Below are positions 1 through 11,700 of a stretch of DNA of 64,000 bases, piece after piece. Under the pieces are notes generated by a model. That model ran no database searches. It saw nothing but the letters and a program-made list of their open reading frames with translations, and was not told the origin of the DNA. The stretch lies in assembly GCA_000146465.1 (NCBI GenBank), contig CP001950.1; one strand, given 5' to 3'. How positions within the stretch are numbered: the stretch's first letter is position 1; the number at the start of each line of letters is the position of its first letter. The translations under genes were made by a program, and so were the position numbers.

Positions 1-1063
1 CTGCATTTTGGTTAGCTTTCTTTTCTTTCCTCTCCTTCTCTTCTTTTTCTTTCCTTTTTTCCTTCCTTTTCTCTTTTTCTTCTCTCCTCTTTCTTTCTTC
101 AACCTCCAGAACAGCCCTATTTATTTCATTCTTATAATCACTTTTATATTCTAAGAATGTTTCCTTCATTAACTCTCCTACAGCTTCCCCTCCATGTTCT
201 CTATCGATCTTTATCAAAAGATCATGATCCAGATAACCAATTGATGAAATCTGATTATTTGCATAATCAGATAATGGTTCTTTGATTTCCATTTTTATTT
301 CTTTAACGTATAACTTTTTCAGACGCATTTTCATAATAAAATTTTCTCTATATTCTTCTCTTTCCCAGAGACTCAAGCACCTATCATATGCCATATTCAG
401 CACTTCAAATATTTGTTTCTCTTCCCTCTTGTTACAAATAAGTTCTCCATGCTTCTTGATCTCTTTGAATTCTTCTTTTTTCTTCTTATTTTCTTCTGAA
501 TCAGGATTAGGTAGGTCCTTTAACTTCCTAATCTCTTCTGAAGCTTTGGACACAAAAAGCTTTCCAAGTTCCTCAAGTGTTCCCTTACACCCTTCGAGTA
601 TTTTTTTTGCTAGATCTCCAAATGTCATCTTGTCCTCCTCATACTTTTTAGAAAGAGAATCAAAGTGCTTATATAGACCACTTTTTTGAAGGACTTCATC
701 TGATAACATCATAGTCGATTCTCTACAAAAGGGAACGTTCAAAAACCCCATACACCACAATGTTAATCTTGGTAATCCCTCAATGATTTTCTTTACATGT
801 TCTCTCTTTCCTTCTTCTATCTCACTGTATTTTGTTGTAGGGAATACTAAAAATGAATTATCATGAATAGCAAATGGATATAATATCACTTTCCGATAGT
901 TGAGTATCTTAGGAGAATTTTCGAATACTTCTCTCCCTGCTTTTCTTTCTGCATCATTCATCTTCCGTCCAATCCTTCTTTCTATATCTTCTATCCCTAT
1001 CTCCAAGGAGCTCCATACTACATTTATCAGACCAAGTAACTCTACTACATATATCCAAATCAT
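1..1063 (-). CDS. Hypothetical protein, partial (C-terminus runs past window start); K/E-rich charged tail (EERKRREEKEKRKEKRKEKEEKERKEKK)
   Basis: Continuous minus-strand reading frame from ATG (revcomp of cat near 1061-1063; MIWIYVVELLGL...) to position 1 without a stop, read by hand. It is absent from the ORF track because no stop lies in the window. The listed + ORF 282..689 is its antisense. No family recognised. Confidence 0.5.
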   Translation of the reverse strand, partial: MIWIYVVELLGLINVVWSSLEIGIEDIERRIGRKMNDAERKAGREVFENSPKILNYRKVILYPFAIHDNSFLVFPTTKYSEIEEGKREHVKKIIEGLPRLTLWCMGFLNVPFCRESTMMLSDEVLQKSGLYKHFDSLSKKYEEDKMTFGDLAKKILEGCKGTLEELGKLFVSKASEEIRKLKDLPNPDSEENKKKKEEFKEIKKHGELICNKREEKQIFEVLNMAYDRCLSLWEREEYRENFIMKMRLKKLYVKEIKMEIKEPLSDYANNQISSIGYLDHDLLIKIDREHGGEAVGELMKETFLEYKSDYKNEINRAVLEVEERKRREEKEKRKEKRKEKEEKERKEKKANQNA

Positions 1064-2146
1064 CTGAAAGGGATTTCCAATCTAAACTTATATACTAGAG
1101 TCCCTTTCTTATCTTCATTAAGGATTCATCATTAATAAAAATATCGATTTTGATAAGTTCCTGACTTCATTCTTCTCCAAATCAAGAATATCCTTTGATA
1201 GTTAGAAACAACCTAATTGCAACTATCATCCATCTACGGAGTAACAATAATAACAACAAACTCTTTATCTAGTACACTAAACTCTTATACTCAACCGCGT
1301 AAGCATAAATCATACTTCTTTATTCCAATCTATAGCTATAGGAGGACCCCTCCACTATATTTATCTTCTTTAACACTTTCTATGTATTTGTAGAATCTTT
1401 ATGAGGAATCTGAAGTCCTTGTTCATTCTTTCCACTGAGAATCGCACTCCTTGAGAATATACAAGCTCCTCCTTTGCAGCTGACTCTTTTGGAAGATCTT
1501 CTCCTAGAGGATCTTACTTCTTCTTTGTTTAGTCTTTCCTTGATCTTTTATTACATCCTCACGGCGCCCGTGGATTCATATCTCGTAAGGATGTTTCTAG
1601 TAACCGACTCAGTAGCCTTAGACATCTTATTACTAATTAAAATCCTTAACAGCTTCCTATCTCCCCTCTTAGCTTCTCATAAATTTTTCTTTCATACCTT
1701 AAACTATCCATTTTAATGATTTCCGAACCTATCTCCCTTATTATAAATTTTTATTTCAATCACTTTTATCCAACTAGCCTTACTTTTTTAAATTCTTCTC
1801 GTATGAATATAGCCTCTATTTCCACTATCCCAGAAACAACTATTTGTAAAAGAAGGTGCAGATAGCTTGTTTTTGCTTTCTTGTTATTTCAAAGTAAGCA
1901 TGGAAAATATCTGCAAACATTTTGAATCTCCGTTAATTTCATATTCTTTATAAAATTTGATATTTAATGGATTTCTTTACCTGTTAATTGTTTTTATTTG
2001 GGATGTACTTTGCACAAATTGCCTCTTATTAGCCGACCTTAATCCAAAGATATATTAAAAAATAAATTCAATTATGGAATAGTAAGTAACTGAAGGAAGA
2101 CAAGGATCAAGAAATAAAAAGAAAATTTCGTATTTTAAAGTTTTAG

Positions 2147-2929
2147 TTAGTTTTCTTCCTCTTGTGAGAGTTTTACCTTGTTCCCAAGAATATTTTTTAG
2201 CTCTTTCCATCCAACATTATCACCACTACTTTCCTCTCTTAAACGGTTATTTCCTCTCAAATCTAGCAGAACTAAACTTTTGCTATCTGCAAGTATTTCG
2301 ATTAACTTCCTGGGAATCTTTCTTAGTCTTTTGTTTTTAGTGAAAATAATTTTCTCTAAGTTCTCTAAATATCCAAGTATTAGAGGCAACGTATTAAATA
2401 AATTTCCTTCGAGATTGAGTATTCTTAGATTGTCTAGAGCACCTATTCCGAAAGGTAATGCTGCAAGTTCATTGTTTCCAAGATCTAACCGAACCAGGCT
2501 ATCCATATTGTGTATTTCTTCGGGTAACATTCTTAGCTGATTATTTCGGACACTTAATTCCTCTAGATGCTCCAGAAGTGTAATTTCCTTAGGAAGATAA
2601 AGGAGGTTGTTGTTGTTGAGGTTTAGTTTTTCTAGTGAAGCCAAGCCTAGTATTGAGTCTGATATGTATTTTAGTTCGTTGTTGCTGGCATCGAGGACTT
2701 TTACAAACGAAAGTTTTTCAAAGTATGGAGGTAACCTGTCTATGTTGTTTCTACTAATATCGAGTTCTATAATTTTCTCTCCTCTCATTATACTCTCAAA
2801 TACCTCTCGAGGTACGTTCCTCTCTCTCCTACCTGAATAGTTTAGACAAACATATTTCTCTCTTCCTCTTAGACTGAAAACTGTGTCTATTATCCACATG
2901 GCACCTATAACACCTGTACCTAGCCTCAT
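2147..2929 (-). CDS. Leucine-rich repeat (LRR) protein, about 9 tandem LRRs
   Basis: Repeated LxxLxLxxNxLxxLP units (LDISRNNIDRLP, LDASNNELKYIS, LNLNNNNLLYLP, LSVRNNQLRMLP, LDLGNNELAALP, LNLEGNLFNTLP). ATG start confirmed (ATG AGG CTA GGT). Confidence 0.7.
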   Translation of the reverse strand: MRLGTGVIGAMWIIDTVFSLRGREKYVCLNYSGRRERNVPREVFESIMRGEKIIELDISRNNIDRLPPYFEKLSFVKVLDASNNELKYISDSILGLASLEKLNLNNNNLLYLPKEITLLEHLEELSVRNNQLRMLPEEIHNMDSLVRLDLGNNELAALPFGIGALDNLRILNLEGNLFNTLPLILGYLENLEKIIFTKNKRLRKIPRKLIEILADSKSLVLLDLRGNNRLREESSGDNVGWKELKNILGNKVKLSQEEEN

Positions 2930-3060
2930 TTCTCTAAGGGCCCAAGCTAGCTCTATAATTGAATTTCTTTAAAATACATGTTATATGCCAATATGAGTTT
3001 AATATCATAGTTCATTATACTTGCCTGTTTTTAACTTCCCTGAATAACATCTTGACACTT

Positions 3061-3750
3061 TTAGAATTTTGACCTATCCGGCCAGTAGTAAGCCAGCGTA
3101 AATAAAATTAACTGAATAAAGTCAATGGCTTGGAGTTGGGCCTTAGATATGTCCCACAAGTCTCTTGTCTCAGATGGTATGGTTTCTTCCCATAATGAGA
3201 GGAGTACCAATGCAATTCCACTTAGAACAAAGCTCCAAGATACCACAAGTGCATTACCTGTTTTTGCATGGAACGCAATTGCAGAGGTTATCATGACAAT
3301 AGCTCCAATAGAAATGATTTTTCCAATACTGCTGCATCTGTAGACGGGGCGGGGGAGAAGTCCCAGACTCTTAAATCTTATATAACTAACAGAAGAGAAT
3401 GTTGCGAATACTTTCAGAATATTCACGTTAGAATTGTATAAACCATATAGAAATACTTCTCCTATACATGTAAACAATCCTGTCATGCACAGGACAATAA
3501 ATGTAAGATATAGAAAAGACTCCTTTGCTCCGTTTGAGGAAACGTTCACACACCAATTTCTTACTATCCAGTAAATCAACATGAATGCCGTGAAAGATGA
3601 ACTGGATACTGCAGCCACGAATTGAAGTATAGTGTTTGTTCCCGTCAATTTATCTGACAGATGAATTGCCGTAGGAACCAGCATGGATGCTAATCCGAGC
3701 GAGTTTGCTAGTACACTCATTTTATTCTTCTTGAAATTCATAATACCCAT
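3061..3750 (-). CDS. Hypothetical multi-pass membrane protein
   Basis: 229 aa with several hydrophobic helices. ATG start confirmed. No family recognised. Confidence 0.45.
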   Translation of the reverse strand: MGIMNFKKNKMSVLANSLGLASMLVPTAIHLSDKLTGTNTILQFVAAVSSSSFTAFMLIYWIVRNWCVNVSSNGAKESFLYLTFIVLCMTGLFTCIGEVFLYGLYNSNVNILKVFATFSSVSYIRFKSLGLLPRPVYRCSSIGKIISIGAIVMITSAIAFHAKTGNALVVSWSFVLSGIALVLLSLWEETIPSETRDLWDISKAQLQAIDFIQLILFTLAYYWPDRSKF

Positions 3751-3840
3751 TATTTCCAGAACAAATTTATTATTTTTAATTGGAAAATATAGAAATGAAC
3801 GTTTATGAATATCACTTTAATTGTTGATTTGATATCGAAT

Positions 3841-3854
3841 TTCCATTAATGGAA
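3841..3854. promoter_or_regulatory. Perfect 14-nt palindrome TTCCATTAATGGAA in the divergent promoter between genes 3061..3750(-) and 3937..4716(+)
   Basis: Read directly: ttccattaatggaa is self-complementary. It sits mid-way in the 186-nt divergent intergenic region. Confidence 0.3.
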
Positions 3855-3936
3855 AATTGGTTGTTAATAAAATGTAGTTTTCCGCTATTAAGAAACAAAA
3901 GAGTAAAATTATATAAGTTCCCAAACCCCTATTAGT

Positions 3937-4716
3937 ATGGAAAAGACTTCAACATTAAATCTAGAATTTCAACTATTCAATCTCATGGCAAAAAGTCAAT
4001 CCATTGAAGTGCTTATTGTGTTTGGAGTAATTTTTGGAAATATGGTGTTCAATAACATGAAAATGGAAAGCTTATCTTTCCATCTTTTTGGAGTGGTTAC
4101 AGTTGTACTTCTCACTGCCTACTTACTGGCAATTATAGGATCCACCGAGTTTTCTGAAAACGACGATAATACCATCTTTAAATCTATGGCTATATGCTCG
4201 ATGGTAGTTACTTCGATCATTGCCGTAATTCAATCAGTTTGTTCTTTAATGGATCTTCGGAAGGATAGAGCAAAACTTTTTTACTCGGAAAGGGGAGAAA
4301 GGTTAATAATAGGAGGATACGCTGCTATCATTTCAATATTATTTCTGCTGATTCAGATATCAAAGATGGTGAGTATGAAAAAAATTAAGAAAAGTGTCTT
4401 TGTAAGTGTCTGCATCATGATGGTAGCATCTGTGTTCTATTTCCTCCTCTCTGAGGAAATCGATCAAGAACAAATCTTGTCTTTGATTATAGGTCTTGCT
4501 TTGATAGTTGGAATAATTGTGCTGATAAATATTGGAGGATCAAAAGAAATAGATATGAAAGAGAAAGGTACTCTACCTTATGTGATGTCTTCTATAATCG
4601 TTTTCTTTATTACTTCTGCACTAGGTGCAAAAGTGGTGGGAGACAAAGTTAAGCTAGTGGAAAAATTAGCTTCGGTCTTTACAGTTATTGATAAATGTAT
4701 ACTGACCAAAAAATAA
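3937..4716 (+). CDS. Hypothetical multi-pass membrane protein
   Basis: 259 aa and hydrophobic throughout. ATG confirmed. CCCAAACCCC motif 10 nt upstream. Confidence 0.45.
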   Translation: MEKTSTLNLEFQLFNLMAKSQSIEVLIVFGVIFGNMVFNNMKMESLSFHLFGVVTVVLLTAYLLAIIGSTEFSENDDNTIFKSMAICSMVVTSIIAVIQSVCSLMDLRKDRAKLFYSERGERLIIGGYAAIISILFLLIQISKMVSMKKIKKSVFVSVCIMMVASVFYFLLSEEIDQEQILSLIIGLALIVGIIVLINIGGSKEIDMKEKGTLPYVMSSIIVFFITSALGAKVVGDKVKLVEKLASVFTVIDKCILTKK

Positions 4717-4795
4717 GATATTAAAAAAGACATCTTGCTATCTAAAATGCTTCAATTGTTGAACAATTTTCAAGGATTTGAGAGGAAAGATGGTT

Positions 4796-6091
4796 TTAAT
4801 CCCTATGGGAGAAGAGTTTGATGTCTTTCTGATTGGTGTTTCTCCTAAACCCCATATTTTTTAAAACATAGGGAACATAAAACACAAGAAAAAGATATGC
4901 AATGCACAACCCATGTGCTAGGTAGTTTGGAATATTCTTCGGACTGAAAAAATGCTTGTTTATAAATACAAGAAGGTTGGACCAAACTAATATAAACAGT
5001 AAATACTTACTTGTGAAGCGGTGCATCTTGAGTTCTTCAATCCTAAAAGCCTTATTAAATATTCCAAAGGTAATTCCCTGTGTGGTGTGAAGAAACATTA
5101 TTATCATAGCAAAAGAAAGGTTATGTATTCTGCGGCAGGGCACGGAATATGTACGAGTCATCAGAAATATGGTAAAAAAAAGTAAATTGTAGAACATGAT
5201 GATATTTGTGTTCTTTCTTTTGAATATGGCTTTTGATATGTCGCTTGCCATCAAAAACATCCCCATTTGAGGCAGAAGGAATGTAATTCCTTCAATATTT
5301 GCAGTTATCAAGTTTGATCTAGTGGAATTGTATATTACCTCTTCTAATCCAAAAAACTTCAAGAAGATCTCATGGAATAGACACATAGCAAATCCCACTA
5401 AGAAGTTTGCATATGTGTCTATAAACAAAGAGGCCAAGTTTAAGATTCCAAGCATGAAAAAGAAATTCAAATGGACTCCAAACTCTGCATCTTTGACATC
5501 GAGCTTAAGTATCACTTTGGACAAGTATCTTAAGGCTCCAAAAAAGAAGGAAGACAATATGTTCTTGATTTTCCTTTGCTTACTTGCTTTTACCGAAAAG
5601 AATCCTGCATTGTACACGAAGGAGCCTACACCTATATCCATGAGCTTGAGTCCATAATCCATGCTTTTCCCTAACTTTCTTCCGTCGTAGAAAGAAAAAT
5701 CAGATGCAAATATAGTAATGGCAACACTGGTAATGATAAGAGAGCGAGTTCTGTCTATTGCAATTGATGTGTTTAGGTCTTTTTCCTGAAACACTGAGGA
5801 GGAGATTTGTTTATACTGAGATGGAGCATAGCTTTTCCATGGCCATACAGATTTTCTCTGTTTCCACTCTAGAAACATCGTGAATAAAAGGTATGCAATA
5901 AGCATAAAGGAAAATCCGGCATAAATTAGGCCTGAGTACCCAATAAAAACAACCACAAAGTATAATGGAATTGCGGAAAAGACAAATTCTAAAAATGCAG
6001 ACCTTGGCAGCATTAAATAATATACCAATATGGATAGCTGTGTTATGCTTGTGGCTGCAAATAGCTCAACTTCACTAAGAGTTTTCGTCAT
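4796..6091 (-). CDS. GWT1: GPI-anchor inositol acyltransferase GWT1/PIG-W family
   Basis: 431-aa multi-TM protein with the family-typical motif AEFGVHLNFFFMLG (compare EYGVHWNFFFTL in Gwt1/PIG-W). ATG start confirmed, with a stop two codons upstream. Confidence 0.65.
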   Translation of the reverse strand: MTKTLSEVELFAATSITQLSILVYYLMLPRSAFLEFVFSAIPLYFVVVFIGYSGLIYAGFSFMLIAYLLFTMFLEWKQRKSVWPWKSYAPSQYKQISSSVFQEKDLNTSIAIDRTRSLIITSVAITIFASDFSFYDGRKLGKSMDYGLKLMDIGVGSFVYNAGFFSVKASKQRKIKNILSSFFFGALRYLSKVILKLDVKDAEFGVHLNFFFMLGILNLASLFIDTYANFLVGFAMCLFHEIFLKFFGLEEVIYNSTRSNLITANIEGITFLLPQMGMFLMASDISKAIFKRKNTNIIMFYNLLFFTIFLMTRTYSVPCRRIHNLSFAMIIMFLHTTQGITFGIFNKAFRIEELKMHRFTSKYLLFILVWSNLLVFINKHFFSPKNIPNYLAHGLCIAYLFLVFYVPYVLKNMGFRRNTNQKDIKLFSHRD

Positions 6092-6105
6092 GAAGGGCTA
6101 TACTT

Positions 6106-8124
6106 CTAATAAAACAAATAAAAGAGTGAAGTATTTATGGAATGGAATAATAAATAGAAAATACCAAATTTATTTTCTAACCTGTTCAGGAGGTCTGTAA
6201 GGTCTTCTGTCAGTTCATCAGAGAAATGCTTCTTCAAGACATTGATGGACTCCTTTGTAAGCACAGAGTATAGAATGTCGCTTTGCTCAAAATGCCTTCC
6301 AAACATCCGAGGTGGTATATTGGGCTTGGCCTCGATCTTTATGGCCACCTTCAAGCCTTTAGGTGCCTCTTGGACAGCTTCTTTATTGTTCTCGATAGAG
6401 GTCACTATGCCAAGTTTAACTGTCTCGCTTTCCTTGAACACACAGAGAGGTGTCCCTATTTTCAGAATCCCCTCCTTGACATGGACTCCTATTACCAACG
6501 GGCTCCTGGAGTTGAAAATGCATTTTGGGACAATTGACAGTTCCACCGGAAATATTGCCTGTTCCATGTGGATTTTCTTGTCCTTCTCTTTTTCCTCATT
6601 TACAAACCTCAGGTATGAGTCTAGGAGATGATAGATAATTTTGGCCTCAAATATCCTTACGCCCATCGAAGAGGCCATGTCCTTCATTTCCTTGTCCAAC
6701 ACTACATCAAAGCAAAGGATTGCTGCATATTTTTTTTGTTTTTTTACCATCGAGGCCACAATTATCATGTCTTTCTTCTTTACTGTCCCGATACTTACGC
6801 CGGATATCAGTACATTAGAGGCCTTTAGAAATGAAACCAGGGCCTCCAGAGACCCAAGGGTGCTTGATACAACATGGACTCCTTCCTGGTGAAGTTCTAT
6901 AGACGAAAAAACCGACTCTAAGTCTGCTGCAAGAGTGTTTTTCACTTCCTCTTCGTTATTTTTTATGACAAGGACACGGCTTCCAGCTATTGCCTTTTCA
7001 AGGCCACCTGCTGCAATCTTGATTCCAAGACTGGCCCTTACTTCTTTTACCATAACATACTGGTTTTTGACCCTTAACTCTTTCAATGGTTGAGGCATAA
7101 GTAAGGCCTTGATAGTCGTAACAATAGGCTCATGGAATCCACAGACTCCAATTTTGTCTCCTTCTTTCAGAACCCCGTTGCTTAGGATGGCATCAAGGGT
7201 TACTCCAAAACCTTCGACGCTCTTTACTTCGAGAACAGTACATTCAACCTCATCTTTGATCTTCATCTTTGATCCCATATATTTCTCGGACAGCTCCAAT
7301 ATCAGAGATACCAAGTCAGGAATTCCCTCTCCAGATACTGCAGATGTAGGAACCAAAGATACAAATCTCTTTTGGTTTGTATTTTCGTAAAACAACTTCA
7401 CATTCAAACCTATTTCTGCAAACGCTAGGACTGTGTTGTTTACTCTTCTCTTAAAGTCGTCTATCGTTGGTTTTGATTGTTTCTTAAGCGTGGTCTTAAT
7501 TTCTCCAAATGAGGTAGATTTCCATCCATAGAGTCTATCTACTTTGTTAAGAGCAACTACAAATGGTGTTTTCCGTTTTTTAAGAAGCTCTATACTTTCC
7601 AAAGTTTGAGCTTCAAGTCCATGGACTATGTCCACCACAAGTATTGCAAGATTGCAGAGAGAAGATCCTCGTGTCCTTAGGTTGGCAAAAGATTCGTGCC
7701 CTGGGGTGTCGATGACCAAGATTCCGGGAAGCTTTGATTCCTTCCTTCCACACTTCTTGAACAGCTCGGATACCGGAAAGAATGTGGCACCTATCTGCTG
7801 TGTTATTCCTCCTGCCTCTTCTCCTTGAACATTTGACTCTCTTAATTTGTCAAGAAGTTTTGTTTTTCCCGTGTCGACATGTCCTAAGATGCAGCAGATT
7901 GGACTTTTAAACTCGGAATTTTCACCATTAGTTGTGTTTGCTTCTACAGTTTCTTTGGCACTCTTCAAGTTTCTTTCGTTTTCTCCATTCATTTTCATTT
8001 TTTCCAAAGATTTGTCTATTTCCTCCAAATCCTCTTTGTCTTTACATCCTTCCTTACTCTTTTTGTCTGTTGGTCCAAGTAATGTATTCAGATAATCATC
8101 GTCTTTTCTGTTCTTCTTACCCAT
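6106..8124 (-). CDS. Translation initiation factor eIF5B (IF2 family GTPase)
   Basis: G-domain motifs GHVDTGKT, VIDTPGH, NKVD. Domain order typical of eIF5B. ATG confirmed. Confidence 0.9.
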   Translation of the reverse strand: MGKKNRKDDDYLNTLLGPTDKKSKEGCKDKEDLEEIDKSLEKMKMNGENERNLKSAKETVEANTTNGENSEFKSPICCILGHVDTGKTKLLDKLRESNVQGEEAGGITQQIGATFFPVSELFKKCGRKESKLPGILVIDTPGHESFANLRTRGSSLCNLAILVVDIVHGLEAQTLESIELLKKRKTPFVVALNKVDRLYGWKSTSFGEIKTTLKKQSKPTIDDFKRRVNNTVLAFAEIGLNVKLFYENTNQKRFVSLVPTSAVSGEGIPDLVSLILELSEKYMGSKMKIKDEVECTVLEVKSVEGFGVTLDAILSNGVLKEGDKIGVCGFHEPIVTTIKALLMPQPLKELRVKNQYVMVKEVRASLGIKIAAGGLEKAIAGSRVLVIKNNEEEVKNTLAADLESVFSSIELHQEGVHVVSSTLGSLEALVSFLKASNVLISGVSIGTVKKKDMIIVASMVKKQKKYAAILCFDVVLDKEMKDMASSMGVRIFEAKIIYHLLDSYLRFVNEEKEKDKKIHMEQAIFPVELSIVPKCIFNSRSPLVIGVHVKEGILKIGTPLCVFKESETVKLGIVTSIENNKEAVQEAPKGLKVAIKIEAKPNIPPRMFGRHFEQSDILYSVLTKESINVLKKHFSDELTEDLTDLLNRLENKFGIFYLLFHSINTSLFYLFY

Positions 8125-8274
8125 TGGGAGTATTCGCCTCTCTCCTTAAGAAATTATTTTCTTTGGAAATACTAAGCACACCTAGGCTTCTTACCGCTCG
8201 AGACATTGGAACCAATCGACGTTCTGGTTTCAGAACCAGAAACCTGTATAAGACTCTCCAGGAGGAGAAGGAAG

Positions 8275-8691
8275 ATGAATCAAGACATGATCAGTAAGAT
8301 GGTACCTTTTCTTTCGAAGAAATCGATCCTGATGCTTTATGGTATAACTAGGGATCCGAAATATCCTGTTTACATCATCAGGAGATATAAAGCCAGGCTA
8401 AACATAATTCCCACGGGAAAGGCTGCCATGCTAATACAAAGGGCAGTAGACATGGAAAGGAATGACTTGGTAATGGAATATCTATGCCATGTTCCACCGG
8501 GAAGAATGACCAGAATCTTACTAAAGTTGGCAGAAAATATAGAACCCGAAAAGACACAGCATATGATTTCGGATTTAAAAAAAAGTAACTTCTGCTTGAT
8601 GTGCAGTTCTAATAACAGATGCGAGGTAATTGTAGCCCGTATCGAGAACATTGTAAAAAACATAAGGTCATATGCCTACCACTGTAAATAA
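8275..8691 (+). CDS. Hypothetical small protein (139 aa)
   Basis: Track ORF 8206 begins with TTG. The first ATG in frame is at about 8275 (MNQDMISKM...). No recognisable domain. Confidence 0.3.
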   Translation: MNQDMISKMVPFLSKKSILMLYGITRDPKYPVYIIRRYKARLNIIPTGKAAMLIQRAVDMERNDLVMEYLCHVPPGRMTRILLKLAENIEPEKTQHMISDLKKSNFCLMCSSNNRCEVIVARIENIVKNIRSYAYHCK

Positions 8692-8779
8692 TAAGTATTT
8701 AATAAATTTCTTAAATAGATTTTGTTCTGCCAATGCGATGAAGTTACAAACTGCCTGATGGCCCTACTCATGAATGAAG

Positions 8780-11700
8780 CTATTTTTCTGGATGCCTGAG
8801 TCTAATCTTACAGGTGTTTGGAATCCTGATAACCGAACCAACAGAACTAGTATCCATTGGAGAGTCTTGGGTGCCCCATTTCCTTGTCTTTTTCAAATCA
8901 TCGACGCCTTTTCTATTAGGAGTCTTTCTGTAGAAGCTCTTTTTTGTTGGATCTGCCTCAGGTTTTGGATTGGAAGGTATGTGTTCCTTACGTTCCAGAA
9001 ATCCCCCGAGAATCTTTTTCGTTCTTGAAAAGGGAATTCTAATAAGATATTCTGCTTGTAAAAGTTTTCTTTTAAGCGTATCTATGCTGTTCAACCTTAG
9101 GGTCACTCGCTTGTCCCCCATAAACTCTCTACCCAGTCGATTGATTGTTTTACGTAAGTCGTTTGGAAGAGTTCGCTCATAGATTCTAACCACGGCCTTG
9201 TGGTATTCATCACGTGTTAACTCCATATCTTCTATGAGATAAATCAGATTGGCAATCTTTTCTTTAACAATTGCGTTCCCTTGGTTGAGTCTCAGTAACT
9301 TAAATATTTCTTTTCTTTTTCCTTTTAGAACCTTTTTGAAGTTGAATTTTGGAGACGATCCAAGAGCTGTCATGACATCAAAGGCTACGCACTTGATAGT
9401 GAACGTTCCTTGGAGCAGCATTTCAAAGATCGAATTAACCACTTCTTCGTCTTCATAAAATAGAGAAAGTAAAACTTCAAGCGCTGCAACTCTCACACTG
9501 CAGAAGTTGGGATGTTTCGAAAGCTGGATCAAGGCATTTTTCTTCAAGCTCATCATTCCAAACAAAGAGAGCCGTCCTAAGGCATATATGCAAGATTTAG
9601 TTACCAGATTTCTATGTGATGGAAAGACCATGTCCAGGATCCTAAACCTTTCGATCTCAGAAACCGAAAGCTGAAGATAATCAGGGTTTTCCGAGGACTC
9701 TGTCCTTATACTCTGCCCACCCTTGTAAACACTCGAAAGATCACCATCTTGCCTTTTTCCTTCTTCTTTATCTATCGAAAGGTAAGGTGATTTCCTATTC
9801 TCATATCTTTCATTCATGTCGAATGAATTCATGTTACCTTTGTCACTTCCTGCAGAAAGATCGTCTAAAGACAATCCCCCATGCTTCTCAAAATCCTTGC
9901 TGCTATTTCCTTCTGCCCTAAACAGATCGTTGATGTCATCCTCTGTTTTTCCCGGCCTGTGGAGAGTGTGCTCTTTATTTTTGGACTTCATGTGCTCCCC
10001 AGAGTAGAATTCCGGAAAGCTCATTGAAGAAAGAGGAAAGCTCAGACTTTCAATCACAGAAGATATGTACCATCCATCGCTATAGGAGTTGAACGAGTTG
10101 TCATTAAACTTGAGTATGTTGATAATAAATGCAGAAATTATGCTTGCTGATCCCACTTCTCTTCCTGAATAGTTTCTGAAAATAAACGGATCTGCAAGCG
10201 ACAGTGCCCTCACAAGGTGTTTCTGTATGAAGTATGGAATAAATGAAAAGTCGTTTGGTTTGACTATCGTGGATGTTTGAACACAATACTTCTTTACAAA
10301 ATACTGAATAAGCCTTTGGAATCCATAGTAGCTTCCAATTGTTGTTCTGGAGAGAATGTAAAGTATATGAACTCTTATCTTGTAAAATATGTGTGTGTTT
10401 TCAAGCATTCTTTCAAGTATCTCACAAACTTGAACAGACGGCTTTATCGAGAGATTCTCGAGAGCCTCCATCTGCCCGACTACATTCTTGTCTAGTAGCT
10501 GTTCAATGAACATGTAGTCTGGCTGCTCTATAACGATCCTTGCCAGATGCTCTCCTTTTATGTCTGCTCTTATCCACAGCAGAGGCATTACCTCCTCTTC
10601 TTCCTCAGACTTCTTTTTCTTCTTAGTTTTTGGGTGGTAGTAAAAATGATTCTCTCTGTCCAGCATAAACACATGTTCAAATATTCCTTCCATCTCATAG
10701 CTACAGATAGTTACAGGCCCACATATTGTCTTATTCCCATTTGAAAAGATACTTGTTGGGGTTTGCTCTGCCGTGAAGTCCACTCTATTGCTTTTCTTGT
10801 TTATCGTAAATCCAAGCCTTACTTTCACCACTCCAGGCTTAAATACATAAGTTTCAAAAAGAAACCGAAGATCTTTTCCAGTAACATCCTTTACAAGCTT
10901 AACAAACTCAAAGCTATAATCCTCTTTGACGTCCCCCTTCCTCTTTATAGTGTAGTTCAAAATCTTTTCCATAAATGCCCTGCTGAGGTTTCCTTCCAGA
11001 AGATGGAAGAAGACCTTGGCTTTGGTTTTAAAGAATTTGTCTCTCATTGAAAAAAACGTCCTCCGTGGATCATACAATGCATATTCTGCAACATCTCTAT
11101 CTAGTACGTAGTCCCTGTCCTTCTTGAGTTCGTATAGAAACTCGTTATTTCCCAGAAAATGCCTAGCACAATAGTCTTGGAAGTATCCCTTCATCCCTTC
11201 AGCAATCCAGAAGTCTATCTTTTCCACTATGGAAAAATAGAAATAGAATATCTGGGAGCTTAGTATATCACATACAATCCTTTTTAGAAGAAACATAGGC
11301 TCAATATCGTTCAAGGATGTGAGATTGGATAGAGCCAGAAATGCAGTATTCTGCCCATACACCTTGTCTGCATCTCCAAACACAAAGGCAATCGAAAGAG
11401 CTTTGAAAGGATATTCTCTTTGGAGAAAATATTCGGAATACCTGATCAAATTTTCAACGTCGCAGCAGAACTCTCTTATACAATCCTTGTATCCTTCGGA
11501 TCCTTTCGGAATGCATACGGCCTTTCTATCATCTCCTGTGGAAATCTCATAGCTATCAAAAGTTCCTATGCAAAAGTTCAATGCCCCACTATGGGCCATC
11601 TCCACTGAATAAGAGTACAGGATCACATTTTCTTCCTCTCTTATACTCTTGAGGATCCCTGGCGATATGATTTTTACTTCCTCACTGCTTGGTAGAATGT

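Noticed and set aside
282-689. Track ORF (+, 135 aa, low complexity)
   Set aside because: It is the antisense of a much longer uninterrupted minus-strand reading frame (1..1063) that encodes a plausible protein. The + ORF is serine/leucine/phenylalanine-rich junk.
1474-1716. Track ORF (+, 80 aa) in the long intergenic region
   Set aside because: It begins with a non-ATG codon (CTG/TTG context) and is low-complexity L/S/F-rich. It has no ATG-initiated equivalent.
1960-1990. CTTTACCTG as a U1 snRNA 5' end, and searches for U2/U4/U5/U6 boxes in 1064-2146
   Set aside because: The candidate sequence is complementary to GTAAAG, not to the GTAAG[TG] used by the two introns found. No ACAGAGA/GATTAGCA (U6) or GTAGTA (U2) boxes were seen by eye.
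2070-2090. ATGGAATAGTAAGT... as a possible third start-codon-proximal intron
   Set aside because: There is no suitable TAATTT..AG 3' motif within about 35 nt, and no conserved ORF follows downstream. It lies in the 3' flank of the LRR gene.
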